Made by a program: the position numbers and the translations under genes. The notes under the pieces are model-generated. The model saw only the letters and a program-made list of their open reading frames with translations, made no database searches and had not been told where the DNA came from. This document shows positions 37,391 to 53,932 of a DNA stretch of 64,000 nucleotides, piece after piece (the first letter of the stretch is position 1; every line of letters starts with the position of its first letter). Source of the stretch: Piromyces finnis finn (Eukaryota; Fungi; Neocallimastigomycota); assembly GCA_002104945.1 (NCBI GenBank), contig MCFH01000016.1, forward strand, positions 812,199 through 876,198, read 5' to 3'.

Positions 37391-37432
37391 GAGTATGGAA
37401 CATGGGTAAAGTGGAACATGAGTATGGAACAT
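37391..37432. repeat. Triple short direct repeat (TGGAACAT x3; GAGTATGGAACAT x2)
   Basis: GAGTATGGAACAT GGGTAAAGTGGAACAT GAGTATGGAACAT, isolated in AT-rich intergenic DNA. Confidence 0.8.
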
Positions 37433-40400
37433 TGAAAACAATATTAATAATATTTTTAATAAAAATAATAAAAAAAAAAAAAGGATGAGATTAAAATAAT
37501 AAATAAAGGTAAATAAATAATTGTCAATTTTATTTAGAGTTAATATGAAATAACATTCTTATTAAATAATTAAATATTCTTAATCCAAGAAGTATTTTAA
37601 GTGAAACATAATAGATTGTGTATATACTAAAATATATAAAAAAAAAAAAAAAAAACTTTTATTTATTCATATACATATGTTTAATAACATTAATATAAAT
37701 AAAAAAGTTTAAATAAGTTTTATATATAATTTCAATATAATTTAAAGTATTTTATAAAGATTTTACTTATTTAAAAGTCTATTTAAGGAGAATGACATTC
37801 AAAAAGGAATACGTTTATTCATCCTACTGTAATAATGTTTATCTTCATTAATGAATAATAAAAAAAGTATTACTAGTTCAATAATTTTGTTTCTAATTTA
37901 AAAAAAAACATTGTAATTTTAATAATTAATTGAGTTTATTATATTTTAAAATCAAAACAATAAGTTTGATAATATTCAATAAAGGTTTCTTTTCCATAAA
38001 AAGTCAACAACAACAATATACTTTGAATGATTCACAAAAATTGAAAAAAAAAAAAAAAAAAGAATAATATAAATAAACAAAAAACCTTTAATAGAAATTT
38101 ACATTCTTTATTAAATTTTTTTGTGTTTATTATTTTCTCCCATTTGTCTTCCATTATCATTATTAAAGAATATATATATTAGTAATAATAAATGAAATTT
38201 TATAATTTAATTTATATTTGTCAAGAATAATAAAAAATATTTAATAAATTCAATCTTTAATTTTATTTTTTATTTAATTCCTTTTTTTTTAAAAAAAGCC
38301 TCCTTTTTTAATTTTTATTAGATTTTTATAATTATTTAAATTTAAAAAAATAGAAATTGTTATGTAGTACAAATTAATTAAGAATGATTTTCTAAAAAAA
38401 GAAAAAGAATATAATTTTTAGCATTATGCCACACCTTATAAATTATAGTTTATTTTGTTATGTTGTATAACAACAAAGTTAAAATAATAGAAAAGTTTAA
38501 AAAGAAATATACATTTTTTTAATTTATTTTATTTTCTCCATTTTATATAGTGTATTGTTTAAATCATATTTTATTATTTTGATTTTGAATAGATTAAACC
38601 TTATTTATATAACTTTTGAAAAGAAAGAAAAAAAATTGATTTTCATTCTATGAAAAATTTTAGGTAAATCAATATAAGAAATAATAAATTGCCCGATTTA
38701 TTAGATATAAATTAAAAAAAAAAAAAGATGTATATCTACACAGAAATGAATAGAAATATAGGAAAAGAAATGATTATATATAATGTGTATATATAGCATT
38801 TAATAATACATTAATTTCAATTTTTATGTAAATATAATTTATTGATTATCAATAGAATTAAAATTTTAAAAACGATATTATATAATAATAATAATCTTAT
38901 TGTACAATTAATATATTATATACATTATATATATATAATAGAATAATCTCCATTACATTATAGTATAATAATTTAATGTATCTATCTTTTTTTGTAGACC
39001 TATAAAAGAAAAAAGACAGCTTATTCAATATGAAAGTAATAATACATCAATATATATTTTTCATCATTTAATTTATACAATCTGTGTAATTAAATTTATT
39101 AACATAATGAATTTTTGTGTTTATTTTAGTTATACAACATTACTATGGTAAATTTTTACTAACAATATGAAGGATAGAATAAAATTTTTATATTGTTTCT
39201 CATTTAATTAAATATTTTTTATATACATAATTATAATTTCTTTAATTAACAATAAAAAAATTTAAAATGAAATTCTAGATTCCTTTTTTTTTTTTAATAT
39301 AAATTTATAATTTCTTATCACTATTTCTGGTCAATTTCTTTTTAAAATATTTTGGGGTAGAACAAAAAGTTCTAGATCTTCTTTTTTAACTAGTTTATTG
39401 AATTGTTATTTGAAAGTGTCTGATCATTTTAATTCAATGAAATTAAAAATAAAGTTTTATTAAAAAAAACTTTAATGAATATTACTAAATATTCTATAAA
39501 ATTTTATAGAGTTTTTACTATATTATCATCAAAAATGTTATATAAAATACTTGTTTATATAGGAATTATTTGGATAGTTAATAGTTTCTTTTAATAAATT
39601 ACTACTATGCTATTTATAATAATGATGTTTTTTTTTTCATATTTTTTTGACAACATAAGGTATACTCTAATTTTTTGATTGACTTGGCACATTTTATAAT
39701 TTTAATTATTCTAGGTGGCTTTTTATTGCAAAGGCGTTTTTTTTAATGCCTTTTTAATTAATATAATATTAAGTTTGGATCTCATTAATTTTTCATTTCC
39801 CATTTTATAATAATTAAACTTTTTTTAATCATTTCAATAGTTTTATTAATTCTTTTAATTTTTTAATGAAATAAATCTTAATAAATAAATGTTTACATTT
39901 TTTATATAGATTAAAAATGTGACTCTTTTATAAGAATAAATTAATTATTAAAATTATAAATGAAATAAATGAATTTATATATATATAAAAACAGTTATAA
40001 TAGAAATAATTATTTTTAATATATATTAGTAGTATATTCCATGTATTGATTAATATAATTTTATTATTAAATAGTATAAAGATTTGATTTTCATTCATTC
40101 TACCTTTTAATAAATAAAAATAAAATTAAAAAAAAAAAAAGCCAGATGATATTTTTAGTGAAGCATTATTTTAATCCTTCACTAAAAATATATTATGAAT
40201 ATATTGTTACATTGTTCATTTTTCATATGTTAAAAAATAAAATTCTTTAGACCATTCTTCTATTATTATTCTATCCTTTTATAAATTTTTAATATTAATT
40301 TCATTTTTAATTATTAAAGAGAAAATAAAACTCAACCATAAAATAGTAGTATTTAATTAAAATATAAATTATACTGACCGCTTTCTTAATTCTATTAGAA

Positions 40401-43400
40401 TAATATATAATTTATATCTGTTTTTTTTTTTTTACATTAAAATTCAATTGCTTTAATGGCTTATATACCTTATAAAAATTGTAATCGAGTTTACTTTTTT
40501 TAAAATATATATAATATTTTAAAAAGTTCATAAGAATGAAATACTTTAATTCAACCTAGTTATTAATAAAGTAAAAAAAAATCATCTATAATTAATATTT
40601 TTATTGTTGATGATGGTATTGATATTGTTGTTGATATTTTTTTTTTTTAACTGTTAAAGTATAACCTTACTTTTCTCTTTGTTAAATAATTAATTCCCAT
40701 TTAACCGTCTTAATTAAAATATTAATTAATTCTTCCTCAAATTTAATTTAGTAAGTAAAAATTGACAAATATTAATTTGGTAACAAAAATTAAATGATAA
40801 TAAAATGAAATAATTAAATAAATATTATAATGTTACACGAATTAAATGAGTTTTATTACTAATTTTTATTTATTTGATTTTGTTTTTTTATTTATTTATT
40901 TATTTATTTTTTCTTATGCCTTTTATAAATATATACTGTATACTACTTTAAAATAATACTATAAAATTTACTTTTTCAGATATTATATTTTTGATATACA
41001 AAAGTTTTAATTAAACAAATACTACTTTTTTTAAACATCTTCAATTATCATTTTAGATATAATATATATATATATACATTTTTTTACCAACGCAACTTTT
41101 TTTTAACTATTAAAACCATTAATTAATATAATTATTTATTAAAAAAGTAATGAAATAATTAAACTTTTATAATTTTTATTATTAAATTTGTGATTTATGT
41201 TTCAGAAATAAATTAAAAAAAAACTTTAATTCTATGGTTAAAAAAAAAAAAAAAAAAGCTTTTTTAAAATCAAGAGAAAAATCTATTATATTAATTTAGC
41301 TATATTAAGATTTTAATAATAATGTAAAAAAAAAAGTTTATTAAACAATGTATAAAATTATAACTTTTTATGTCTCAAATAATTATGTCATTTAAATATA
41401 TTAAATATTAATATATACATTATAAATAGTATAATAAATTTAAATGTTTAATGGCAAATCATTTATCTTGATAAGATCTTGTTAAAATTTTGTTTTTCGG
41501 GTAGAAATATGAGTAATAATGAAAAATAAAACAATTTTTATTTAATACTTTGATGATGGTCGATAGAATAAAAATAATTCAAATAATATTATAATTTTAT
41601 TCAATGTATGAATAATAATTAAGGATATTAATAAATTACAAATTATAAAATAGTCAAAAGCCATATTTCATCGAATGATAATTTTTAATTATAGATGATA
41701 GAATAAGGATTCCTTTTTCCTTCTTCTATTATAATGTAATAGAAAAGGAAAAATAATACCTTTTTTTTTTGTTATATGATTTAAATATGATTTATAAGAT
41801 TGTCTTTATTTTCAATTTCAATTCAATTAAACCAATCTAATTAACATAAAAAAAAATAATAAATAAACCAAAATTTTACCCATATTTTTATTTAAAAAGA
41901 AAAAAATCATCCAATTGTTTAAGAAAAAATAAACTATTATCTATAGAATTAATAAAATTTTAATTATTAAAATTATTAGTATTTAAATTTATGTAGAACC
42001 AGTCCTATTTTTTAATTTTGATTTTCATAAAAAAAATCCTATTAGTTTTAATTATTATTCATATAATCCTATTATAACAATATAAAAAAATAATTACTAA
42101 TAAAAAAATACTAAAAAAGGAAAAAAAATTATAAATAATAAATAATATTATAATCTTTACTTTTTTATTTAATATTTAATAAATGGTAGTTTAACAGAAA
42201 TTTTAATGATATAGAATTATAAAATGATTATATTAGTATCCAAGTCCAAAGTTAAAAAGTATATTCATAATAATACCAAACATATTAATAATAACTATAG
42301 TATTTACAAATTATAAAAGTTTAAAAAAAATAATAAATATAAAAAGGAAATTTAAATAAGTTGTAATAAAAAAAATAAAATGTATGTTATGGGGTTTCCA
42401 TTTTAAATAATACCATAAATAAATATTGTTACCCTTTTTTATTATAAAAAAATAAATATAATAGAATAAAATTTAAATTTAATTAATAAACAGTATAGAA
42501 AATTAATTATTAGAGTTTATTACTAAAGAAATTATAATTACTAAGAAAATTATAAAAAAGTTTATTTAATATTATTTTTATAGAAATAATAAAATAATTA
42601 TGAACTGTTTTTAATTTATTTATTTATGATAAACTTTATTTAATATAATAAATAATAAAATTATATTAAAAAAGGAATTTAAGGAAAAACCACAAAATTT
42701 TTTTAAAAAAAATTTTTAAGGGATAATAGTATAAATGTATTTTAATATATAAAATATATTATTGGATATTTATTAAAATATAGAAATAAAATGTATTGTT
42801 AAAATAAATTAAAAAAAAAAAAAGAAATTAATTTTTAATTTATTTTTTAAAAATGTATTGTTCAAATAAATTATTTTATATATTTTAAGGTTCTATATAT
42901 ACAATCCTACTATAAAAGAATAAAATAAATATGATAATAGATGGTAATATATTATATTATTCTTATTTATTATACTTTTTGATATATTCATAACAATAAT
43001 TAATATATGAAAATAATACATTTTTTGATTTTTTTTTGTAAAGAATAAAATCTTAATAGTTAGGTGATACAATAATATTTTTTTTTAATTTATAATAAAT
43101 AAAATATATTGTAATTTTTTATATTGAAATATATTGAAAGCATTTACAAAGTTTATAAAATAGAATTTTTTAAATTCATTATAAATTCATTCTTTAAAAA
43201 GTATTATTTAATAAACTTTATTAGAATTATTTTTTATTATTCCATATTAAAAAAAATTAATAATTAGAAATAAACGATTTTTTAATATAAATACATTTTA
43301 TTTCTTTTTTTTTTTTTTTTTTTTTAATTTTTTATTTTAACAAAGTAAAAGAATATTAAGAAATAAAGATATTATTTTTTTTTAAATAGTATAGAAATAA

Positions 43401-43506
43401 AAAAAAAAAAAGTATTATATAAAAAGTAATATAGACTATTAAATTATATAACTAGAAAAAGTGTTTTTTATTTCAAAATATTATATAAAAAAGAATAAGT
43501 TTATAA

Positions 43507-43575
43507 ATGTCCTATCATTTAAAAACTTTTTAATTTTAAAATTTTTTAAAATGCAAATGTAAAATGCAATTCTAA
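43507..43575 (+). promoter_or_regulatory. Cluster of short candidate uORFs upstream of bZIP copy A (MSYHLKTF*, MQM*, nested M*, MQF*)
   Basis: ATGs at 43507, 43551, 43557, 43564 are the only + strand ATGs I found between ~43010 and the main ATG at 43804. The transcription start is unknown. Confidence 0.45.
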
Positions 43576-43803
43576 AAAAAAAAAAAATAAAAAGTAAAAA
43601 AAGAAAAAGAAAAACCAAAATAATTATTTAGAATTTTATTATTTATTTATTAAATCTAACTATTAATAAAATATTACAACAACCAAAAAAAAAAAAAAAA
43701 AACTAAAAATAAAGTATTAAATACAGAACCTATTTATATTTCATAAAAATATTATAAATATTATATAGGTTTATTACTTTACATTTATTGTATATATAAG
43801 AGT

Positions 43804-45471
43804 ATGTCAAAAAATAACTTTCCTACTCAAGAAAAAATAAATACTATGAATATTAATAACAATCAAATGTATTCCTCAAATAAATTATCTGTTGTTCCTT
43901 CTTCCATACTTAGTACTAATATTATCTATACATCCTATCAAGACGTTGATTCTCAACCTTCGGTAATAGGTCAACAAGGACAAACCATTCAACAAAATCA
44001 AATTCCCACCATCCAACAATATGCTCCAACTACTCAAAATCAATACGTAAGTTCCTTTCCTTCCCCAATGAATATAAATATAAAAAATGAAAATATAAAT
44101 AATACACAAAATCAAAATCAAGGTATTTTATATTCACCAGTATCTACTGCTTCTTCCTCATCTCCAACCGCCTCAAATTTCTTTAATGTGGAACCAAATA
44201 ATTTAAATTCTGGAATTAACGGAAATCCTACGACCATTCAAAATGAAGATAACAACAATAATAACAATAATAATGATAGTAATAAATCAATTCAAAATGA
44301 AAGAAAAATATCTCTTTCCATTGTTAATGAAAATTCTGAAAATACAAATACTATACAATATAATTCTTCAAATATAAATATGAATTTGAATGGGGAAAGA
44401 GATAGTAATATGAATATAAATAATAATACTCTTTCTACATCCACTGCTGCTGCTTCAATGAATAATGGATCTTATGTCATGGAAACTCAACCTCAAAATA
44501 CCTATTCTTCTAATTCATATTATTTAACTAATGGTTCAAATAATAATCAAATACCACCACCACCGCAACAACAACAGCAGCAACAACAACAACAAGTAAC
44601 ACCACTTTCATTATCACAACAAAATATTTCTATGATTAATGGTAATACTTTAATACAACAATCTCAACAACAGCAACAACAACAACAACAATCTCAACTA
44701 TCTTCACAAAATCATCAAAATAATCCTTTCTATATACAACAACAAAACATTCCTCAACAAAGCATTCCTCAACAAAACAATCAAAATATCCAAAGTATGC
44801 AAAATATGCAAAATATGCAAAATATGATGGTTGTTAATCCAAATCCTCAACAAATGAAATTACCTCAAGGTCAAATTTCAATTCTTCAAAATTCTACAAC
44901 TTATAATCAAGTATACTATTCAAATGGTCAACCTGTACCTCAGCCTATACCAAATCCAATTCAAAATCAATCTGTTCTTATCAATAACATAAATGAAAAT
45001 ATTATTCGTGAACAACAAAAAATATCCATGGAATTAGCCATTAAACGTAAAAAGAATACTGAAGCCGCAAGAAGATCAAGAATGAGAAAAATGCTACGAA
45101 TGGAAAATCTAGAAAAATATGTAAAACAATTAGAAAATGAAAACAGTACCTTGAATACAAGGATATCAATCTTAGAATCCGATAGGCCAAAATGGAATGA
45201 AAAAGAAAATAAATTAAGAGATAAAATAAAAGAATTAGAAAAAGAATTAACAGGTAAATATTTTTTATATAAGAAAGTAGTATTCTTGTATATAAATTTT
45301 TTTTCCGAAATGTAATTGACTGATTTAAAAATTTATATCTTTTTAAACATTATAGAACTTAAAGCCAAAAGAAAGTTAGAAAAAAATAAGTATGGTCAAA
45401 GCATTCTTGAAAAAAAATTAAAAAGAAAGGAAGGAAAAGAGAATAATATTAGTAATGGAAAAGAGGAGTAA
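43804..45471 (+). CDS. Gcn4/CpcA-like bZIP transcription factor, copy A (exons 43804-45253, 45356-45471)
   Basis: Basic region KRKKNTEAARRSRMRKMLRMENLEKYVKQLENENSTLNTRISILE resembles Gcn4; long Asn/Gln-rich N-terminus; phase-1 GT-AG intron near the 3' end. Confidence 0.88.
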
Positions 45472-47444
45472 GCTTTTAAAATACAAATTACTATTCTTCC
45501 ATTTTAAAAGTTTTGGATGGGAAAATAAAAGGTTTTAACCCAAAATCTTTAGATAAATTATTTTTTCGTTTAAGAGAAAATATATTAAGTTTTTTTTATA
45601 AAAAAAAAATTAAAATATAGAGTAAAAAAAAAAAAAAAAATAAAGAAAAAAATAAATATATATATACATTTTGAAATACTGTAATTTCCATATGGATATA
45701 TATATTTAAATACATTTTTTCTTTGTTTCACTTTTTTTTTTTTTAAACATTTTCATACATTAGCACCCAATATAAAAAATTTATATCCCAAAAAATGTTT
45801 TTTATTTAAACCTTTTTTTTAATTAGTTTTAAATTAAGGAAAAAAAAAAAGTATTTATTATTACATACGCATATAATTATTACAAACGCACTTATCCAAA
45901 ATTAATAAATATTTTAACATGAAATTTATTTTTTTTTTTACCCAAAGTAAATTTTATTTATATATTTATTATTCATTTTAAATAAATTTTATTCATACAA
46001 TTGTTGATTTAAGAAATATATACACATATATATATAATTCCATACCATTAAAAAAAAAAATAATAAAATAAAATAGCATATATCTTTAAAAAAAAAAAAA
46101 AAGTATTACAATGATTAAAGGAAAATCAATTAGTTTTATATATCTATATATTTCAATTATTTTATTTCATTTAATAAAAAGTCCAATAATAATTGATGTT
46201 ATAAAGTTTAATTATTACCAATAACTCTAGATATTAAAATATATAAAGGTATACATATTCCTTTTATAAATTTCATCAAATAGTTAAAGTATCTCTTAGT
46301 ACTTCATTATTAACTTTAAAATTTTAGAAATAATGGAATATTTAATTAGGGTAATACAAAAAATGAAGAATAATAATTAATTTTTCTTCTTCTAGAACTT
46401 TTTAATTTCAATTTATCATAGGTAGGACAACTTTTTGATATATTTTTAAAAAAATGGCATTTCATAGTAAAATATAAAAATAGAAATGATATATTACAAA
46501 TTTAATTCATCACTTTTGTTTGTTTGTTTGTTTGTTTTGTAACTCTCTATTAAATAATTTACTTTTATTTCTCTTTCTCAAAAAAATCGACTGACAATTT
46601 TTACACTTTTTTCTTTCAATATAATGAGATAAAAAAATAGTTATTTGATTCCATATATTATATAGTATAATCATATATATGCATCTATAAAAATAAATTA
46701 TAAGATTTACTTTGTGTAATATAAAATATTTTTTAATAAGAATAAAATTTGATATTACGTGACACAATAATTATAGTTTTTTTTAGTTTATTAAATTAAA
46801 TCTATATGAATAGTAATAGTATATTATTACATTATTAACATATATTAGAATATACTTTTATATATTATTAATAATTGTCTAAAAATTAAAATAATACATT
46901 TATCTTTAGTATATTAAAAAAAAAATTTTAAATATAAACTTAAATTATTATTATTTTTCTTTTTTAATTAGTATAAATTATCATAATTTTATGAGAAAAA
47001 AATTAATATAAATACTTTTTTTTTTAAAATTTTAAAAAAAAAAGTAGTAACAGTAATATTGTAAAAATAGAATTGAAGATATTTGTTTTTATTTTTGTTT
47101 TTTTAGGCATTCTTATGTATATAGGTATTAAACATTAAAATATTATAGCTTTTATATAAATTAGTATATTTCATTTTTTAATTAAAAATAAAAATGAAAT
47201 TAAAATTGTATTAAATAAATTTTAAAATTTAACCAAAGTAAAGAAAAAAAATAGTATATACTTAAATTTCAATATTAAGTTAATAATATAAAAATTAGTA
47301 CTAAAGATATTAAAATAAAAGACAAAAACTTGATAAAGAAATATTTATTAAAAGACCTATTTTTAAATAAAATATTATTTAGTAATATAAAAAAAAAAAA
47401 AGTATTATGAACTATATTCCTTTATAAACTTTGTAAATAAAAGT

Positions 47445-48256
47445 ATGTCAAATATCAACTTTACTAATCAAAAAAACATTAATAATATGAGCAATAATCA
47501 AATATTTTCTTCGGACGAAGTATCTATTACACCACAATCTATTTTAAATAACAATATTAATAGTAATAATAGCAATAATAATGACAATACCTTTGATAAT
47601 ATTATGTATACAACCTATCAAGAGGTTGTTTCTCATCCTTCAGTCATAAGTCAACAGAATCAAATTCCTTCTTTTCAGTCCTACACTTTCGCTTCTCAAA
47701 ATCAAAATACCCCTATTCAAACATATACTCAAAATCAATACATGAATTCGAATTCTTTTCCTTCTCCAATGAATATAAATATAAAAAATGAAAATATAAA
47801 TAATACACAAAATCAAAATCAAGGTATTTTATATTCACCAGTATCTACTGCTTCTTCCTCATCTCCAACCGCCTCAAATTTCTTTAATGTGGAACCAAAT
47901 AATTTAAATTCTGGAATTAACGGAAATCCTACGACCATTCAAAATGAAGATAATAACAATAATAATGATAGTAATAAATCAATTCAAAATGAAAGAAAAA
48001 TATCTCTTTCCATTGTTAATGAAAATTCTGAAAATACAAATACTATACAATATAATTCTTCAAATATAAATATGAATTTGAATGGGGAAAGAGATAGTAA
48101 TATGAATATAAATAATAATACTCTTTCTACATCCACTGCTGCTGCTTCAATGAATAATGGATCTTATGTCATGGAAACTCAACCTCAAAATACCTATTCT
48201 TCTAATTCATATTATTTAACTAATGGTTCAAATAATAATCAAATACCACCACCACC

Positions 48257-48287
<31 letters not shown>

Positions 48288-49158
48288 GTAACACCACTTT
48301 CATTATCACAACAAAATATTTCTATGATTAATGGTAATACTTTAATACAACAATCTCAACAACAGCAACAACAACAACAACAATCTCAACTATCTTCACA
48401 AAATCATCAAAATAATCCTTTCTATATACAACAACAAAACATTCCTCAACAAAACATTCCTCAACAAAACAATCAAAATATCCAAAGTATGCAAAATATG
48501 CAAAATATGCAAAATATGATGGTTGTTAATCCAAATCCTCAACAAATGAAATTACCTCAAGGTCAAATTTCAATTCTTCAAAATTCTACAACTTATAATC
48601 AAGTATACTATTCAAATGGTCAACCTGTACCTCAGCCTATACCAAATCCAATTCAAAATCAATCTGTTCTTATCAATAACATAAATGAAAATATTATTCG
48701 TGAACAACAAAAAATATCCATGGAATTAGCCATTAAACGTAAAAAGAATACTGAAGCCGCAAGAAGATCAAGAATGAGAAAAATGCTACGAATGGAAAAT
48801 CTAGAAAAATATGTAAAACAATTAGAAAATGAAAACAGTACCCTGAATACAAAAATTTCAATCTTAGAATCTGATAGACCAAAATGGAATGAAAAAGAAA
48901 ATAAGTTAAGAGATAAAATAAAAGAATTAGAAAAAGAATTGGCAGGTAAATAACTTTATGATTTAAAAAATATATATATATATTGATTATAAACATTTAC
49001 TAATGTTTATTTTTTATAAAATTAAATATACACTTATTATATATTTAGAATATAAGGCAAAAAAAAAGTTTGAGAATGATACAGAAAATATTATTGAAAA
49101 GGAATTAAAAAGAAAAGAAATAGGCGAAAATATAAATAGTAATATGAAAGAGGAATAG
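47445..49158 (+). CDS. Gcn4/CpcA-like bZIP transcription factor, copy B (tandem paralog; exons 47445-48945, 49049-49158)
   Basis: Same bZIP and same intron position as copy A; divergent N-terminus and last exon. Confidence 0.88.
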
Positions 49159-50081
49159 ATCACACAGATAAAATTTAAAAAAAGGAATTTTTTACCTTTG
49201 TTCTTATATTTGTATAGTTTCATTTATTCATCAAAATTCTATAAAATATATATATTATTATTATTATTATTATTATTTATTGATATGATACATAATCCCT
49301 ATCTACATTAAAATAACATAAAACAATGTATTTTTTTTTTATTTCTTCAAATGTTTTCATCTAAACTTTGTCATTAATTTTAAAAATCTCTTTTTTTTTT
49401 AATTATCTTTTTTATTTTATATATTTTATATGTCACTATGAGTTTTTTTTTCCCAAATTATTTAAAATCTTTTTAGAAAAAAAGAAAAATCAAAAAAAAA
49501 TATATATTAATTTTTAATTGGGAGACATAGAAGGGATATAAATTTTTATTAATTTAAATTTTTTTCAATATTAAACTAATAAATGATAATACTAATAATT
49601 TTTATTCAAATCAAAAATAATGGTTATTCAAATCAACAAATCATTTTTTTATTTCTTTTTTTCTCTCCAAAGTTCAAAGTTGTTATTATATCATATTATA
49701 TCATATTATATAATAACAATTAATAATAATTAATAACAATTATATATTGAATACTAGTAAAATATAAAATTTTTAGCCTAATTTAAAAAATTGATACAAA
49801 AAATTTAATTTAAAAAATAAATATTTAGTCTACCATTTTTTTTATTCCCCATAAACATTTGAAAAAGGGCTAATTTTTCCTGATAGTAAGATATTTTTTT
49901 TTGGTTACTAAATTTTATATTTTTATATTTTCAATAGTAAAGTTATTTCTAATGTTAGATACCAAAAAAAAAATAATTAATATTATTTAATAAATATTTT
50001 TTTTCTTTTAAAAATATTAAATATAATTAAAGGATAAGACCAAGATTTTTTATTTTTAAAAAAAAAACCTAATTATTGATT

Positions 50082-50124
<43 letters not shown>

Positions 50125-50730
50125 AGAATTATTCATTTTATTTCTCCTTTTTATTTGTATAAAAAATGGGTTTTATTAATTTTAACGGAATTTTTTTTAG
50201 ATGAAAACAACAAAGATAGATTAAAAAAAAATGGGCCAATCTATTTATTTTTTTTTCTATTAATAGGAAAAATTTGTCAGGAATTTTTTTAATTTTTTTA
50301 TACGGGTATTTTTTATATTAACTTTTTTTGATAAAATGAAAGCTTTTAAAATATTTCCCCCATTAAAAAAAATTATAAAGATGATCCATTAAAGTATAAA
50401 AAAAAAAAAAGGATAGGATATATATGATTTATATATAGTATAACATAAGCATGAGTATTGATTCAAAAAAATTCATAGCTTCATTATCAATCAAATACTT
50501 GATTAGTTTATGAATTATTATTAAAAAAATTAATCTTTTAAATAAAATGTCACCATATTTCAAAGGAATTTATAGATCATCCAAATAAACTATAATTTAC
50601 CACCCATAGACCAAATTTTTTACCAATTATTAACAACAATATTAGCGATGCTAATTCATTTATATAATTATTATATTAATTTTATATATTATTATTATTA
50701 TGTATATCATTATTGCGTTAAATATATCAC

Positions 50731-51312
<582 letters not shown>

Positions 51313-52291
51313 GAATAGTCAATTTTAAAATTTTAAAAGTGTGACTAGAAACAATAATATCATAAATATTATATATTATATATTATGTGCTTTATTACTT
51401 TTATTTCAAAAAAAATAATTAATATTTTATTGGAATATTGGAATAGCTATGACATTATAAGCACCCATCACATAATAATTCTATCAAACTTTTTCATACT
51501 TTTAAAATAAACCATTTTTTTTATTATGGATATTTCATAATATTATAAGAAACAATTTTTTAAATAGTATTTTTTTTATATAAAATAGTATCAATTAGAT
51601 TAAACCAATATGTTAATGAAACAATTTATTTTATTTTATTATTATTATTTCTTTACCTAATAATTAATTAACATTTATTTTTTTATATGATTTTTTAATT
51701 AATAAACATGTAAAATTTTATTTTTATAAAGAGGATAATCAAAATTACATTTATTTATAAAACAATAAATATAAAATAATCTACTACTAATAATTTTGGT
51801 ATCTAATTTTTATATAAATTATATAAATTAGTTTTATTATTGTGTATATATATAATATTTAAAAAAATTGTTTCTTATAATATAAAAATTAAAAAATTAA
51901 CTTTTTTATTTTGTTGAGAATATTGATAGAACTAATTGATTATTTTAATATATACGATTTTGGTTTAAGATTTTTGATTTATTTATTCTATTTAATAATT
52001 TGATTACTTGACTGTGAGAAATTTCAAACTCATAGTTAAAATTTCTTGTTTCTTTTTAAATAGTTTTCAAATTCTTGTAAACTAATTTTTTATTTATTAA
52101 ATTTCTTTAAATAGTTTTGGTATAAAAGTTTTATTAATACTTAAATAGGTTAACTTTAAATAAATTCTTTTTTTTTTTTTATCCTGATAAATAAGTTCTT
52201 TATTTGGTAAAAACGCACATTATATATGATACAATTATTATTTATATTGGTTAAGATTTCCTATTTCTTTTAATAATAAAACTAATAAAAC

Positions 52292-52606
<315 letters not shown>

Positions 52607-53932
52607 AATATTTAATATGATTTATTTTTTTTAAAAAAAAAAATTGAAAGTTTCATAAAGATATTTACATATTATTGTATAAATCATTTTCTGCTCTATT
52701 TTATTCTTTTATCACTATTTATTTATTTAATAAATTACAACCTAACCAATATTATTTAAAATTTTTTGTAAAAAAGATAAACTTTTACTAATACTTTTTA
52801 GTTATTAATTAAAAAAAGTTCAATTTTTATTTTAAATAATTATTATTACTAAAAAAAAAGAAAGAAAGAAAGAAAATAATATTACCATAACTTTTATTAT
52901 TCTAAACAGTAAAAGATTTTAAAGGATAAAGTAATTTTAATATATTATGCAATAATAGTCATTAATATTTTATTTGATTTTAATTATTGTACTAATAAAC
53001 AATTTATAAACAATTAAAACAACATGCTAAATTTAAAGATTATCATTAATGAATTAATTAGATATTATATTAAATAATATAATATCCGAATTATTTTTTA
53101 AAGAATTATAACTACACATATTAATCAAGTTATGGCATAAAAAGGGAAATTTTAGTTATTGAAATTAACCGAAATGGATAGCATAAAATAATATAATATA
53201 TTTTTAAAAAGGTTTTATAATTTGAATATATAATACATTGAATGTTATTTATATAGAAATAGCTTCATTATTTTTTAATTGTTTGTATATGTAATAACAT
53301 GTAAATTTCCTTTTAAAGGAAAATCCAATGGTTCTATCTTAAAGTATTGTAAATTAAAAAATCTATTATTTATTAGTAAATATATTCTCTACTAACCTAT
53401 GAATATATTAAAAAAAAAAAAAAAAAAGATTTTTATAAAATATATATATATATACACCTAATCTTTTTTATACTTATATTCTTTTACCTTTTTTTATAAA
53501 TGTTTTTTTTTATAATATATAATTGTTTTTAGCATAATTAAACCATATTCTAATATGACTTGTTAGTAAATTAGAAAACTGTTCCTAATCTTACTATTAC
53601 TTTAGAATGAATTATACAAACCTATTGCTCTAAATGTTTCTTTTCTATTTCATTTAATTAAAGATACATACAAGCAAAGTAATAATCCATTTTTTTATAT
53701 TTTATTAATTTATTATCCTTTTTTAAAATATATAAATATAAATATATTTTTTATGGTCTAAATAAACAACTATAAACATCATCTTATAATATTTTTATTT
53801 TTACCCAATTATAACATTAATAAGAATAATTTAACAGTTCATTATTAAATAATTATTTTTTATTAAAAGTTTAAATCATCAATATTATCATCTTCTAATA
53901 TAAATTTATATTATTTTTATCTTTGTATAATT

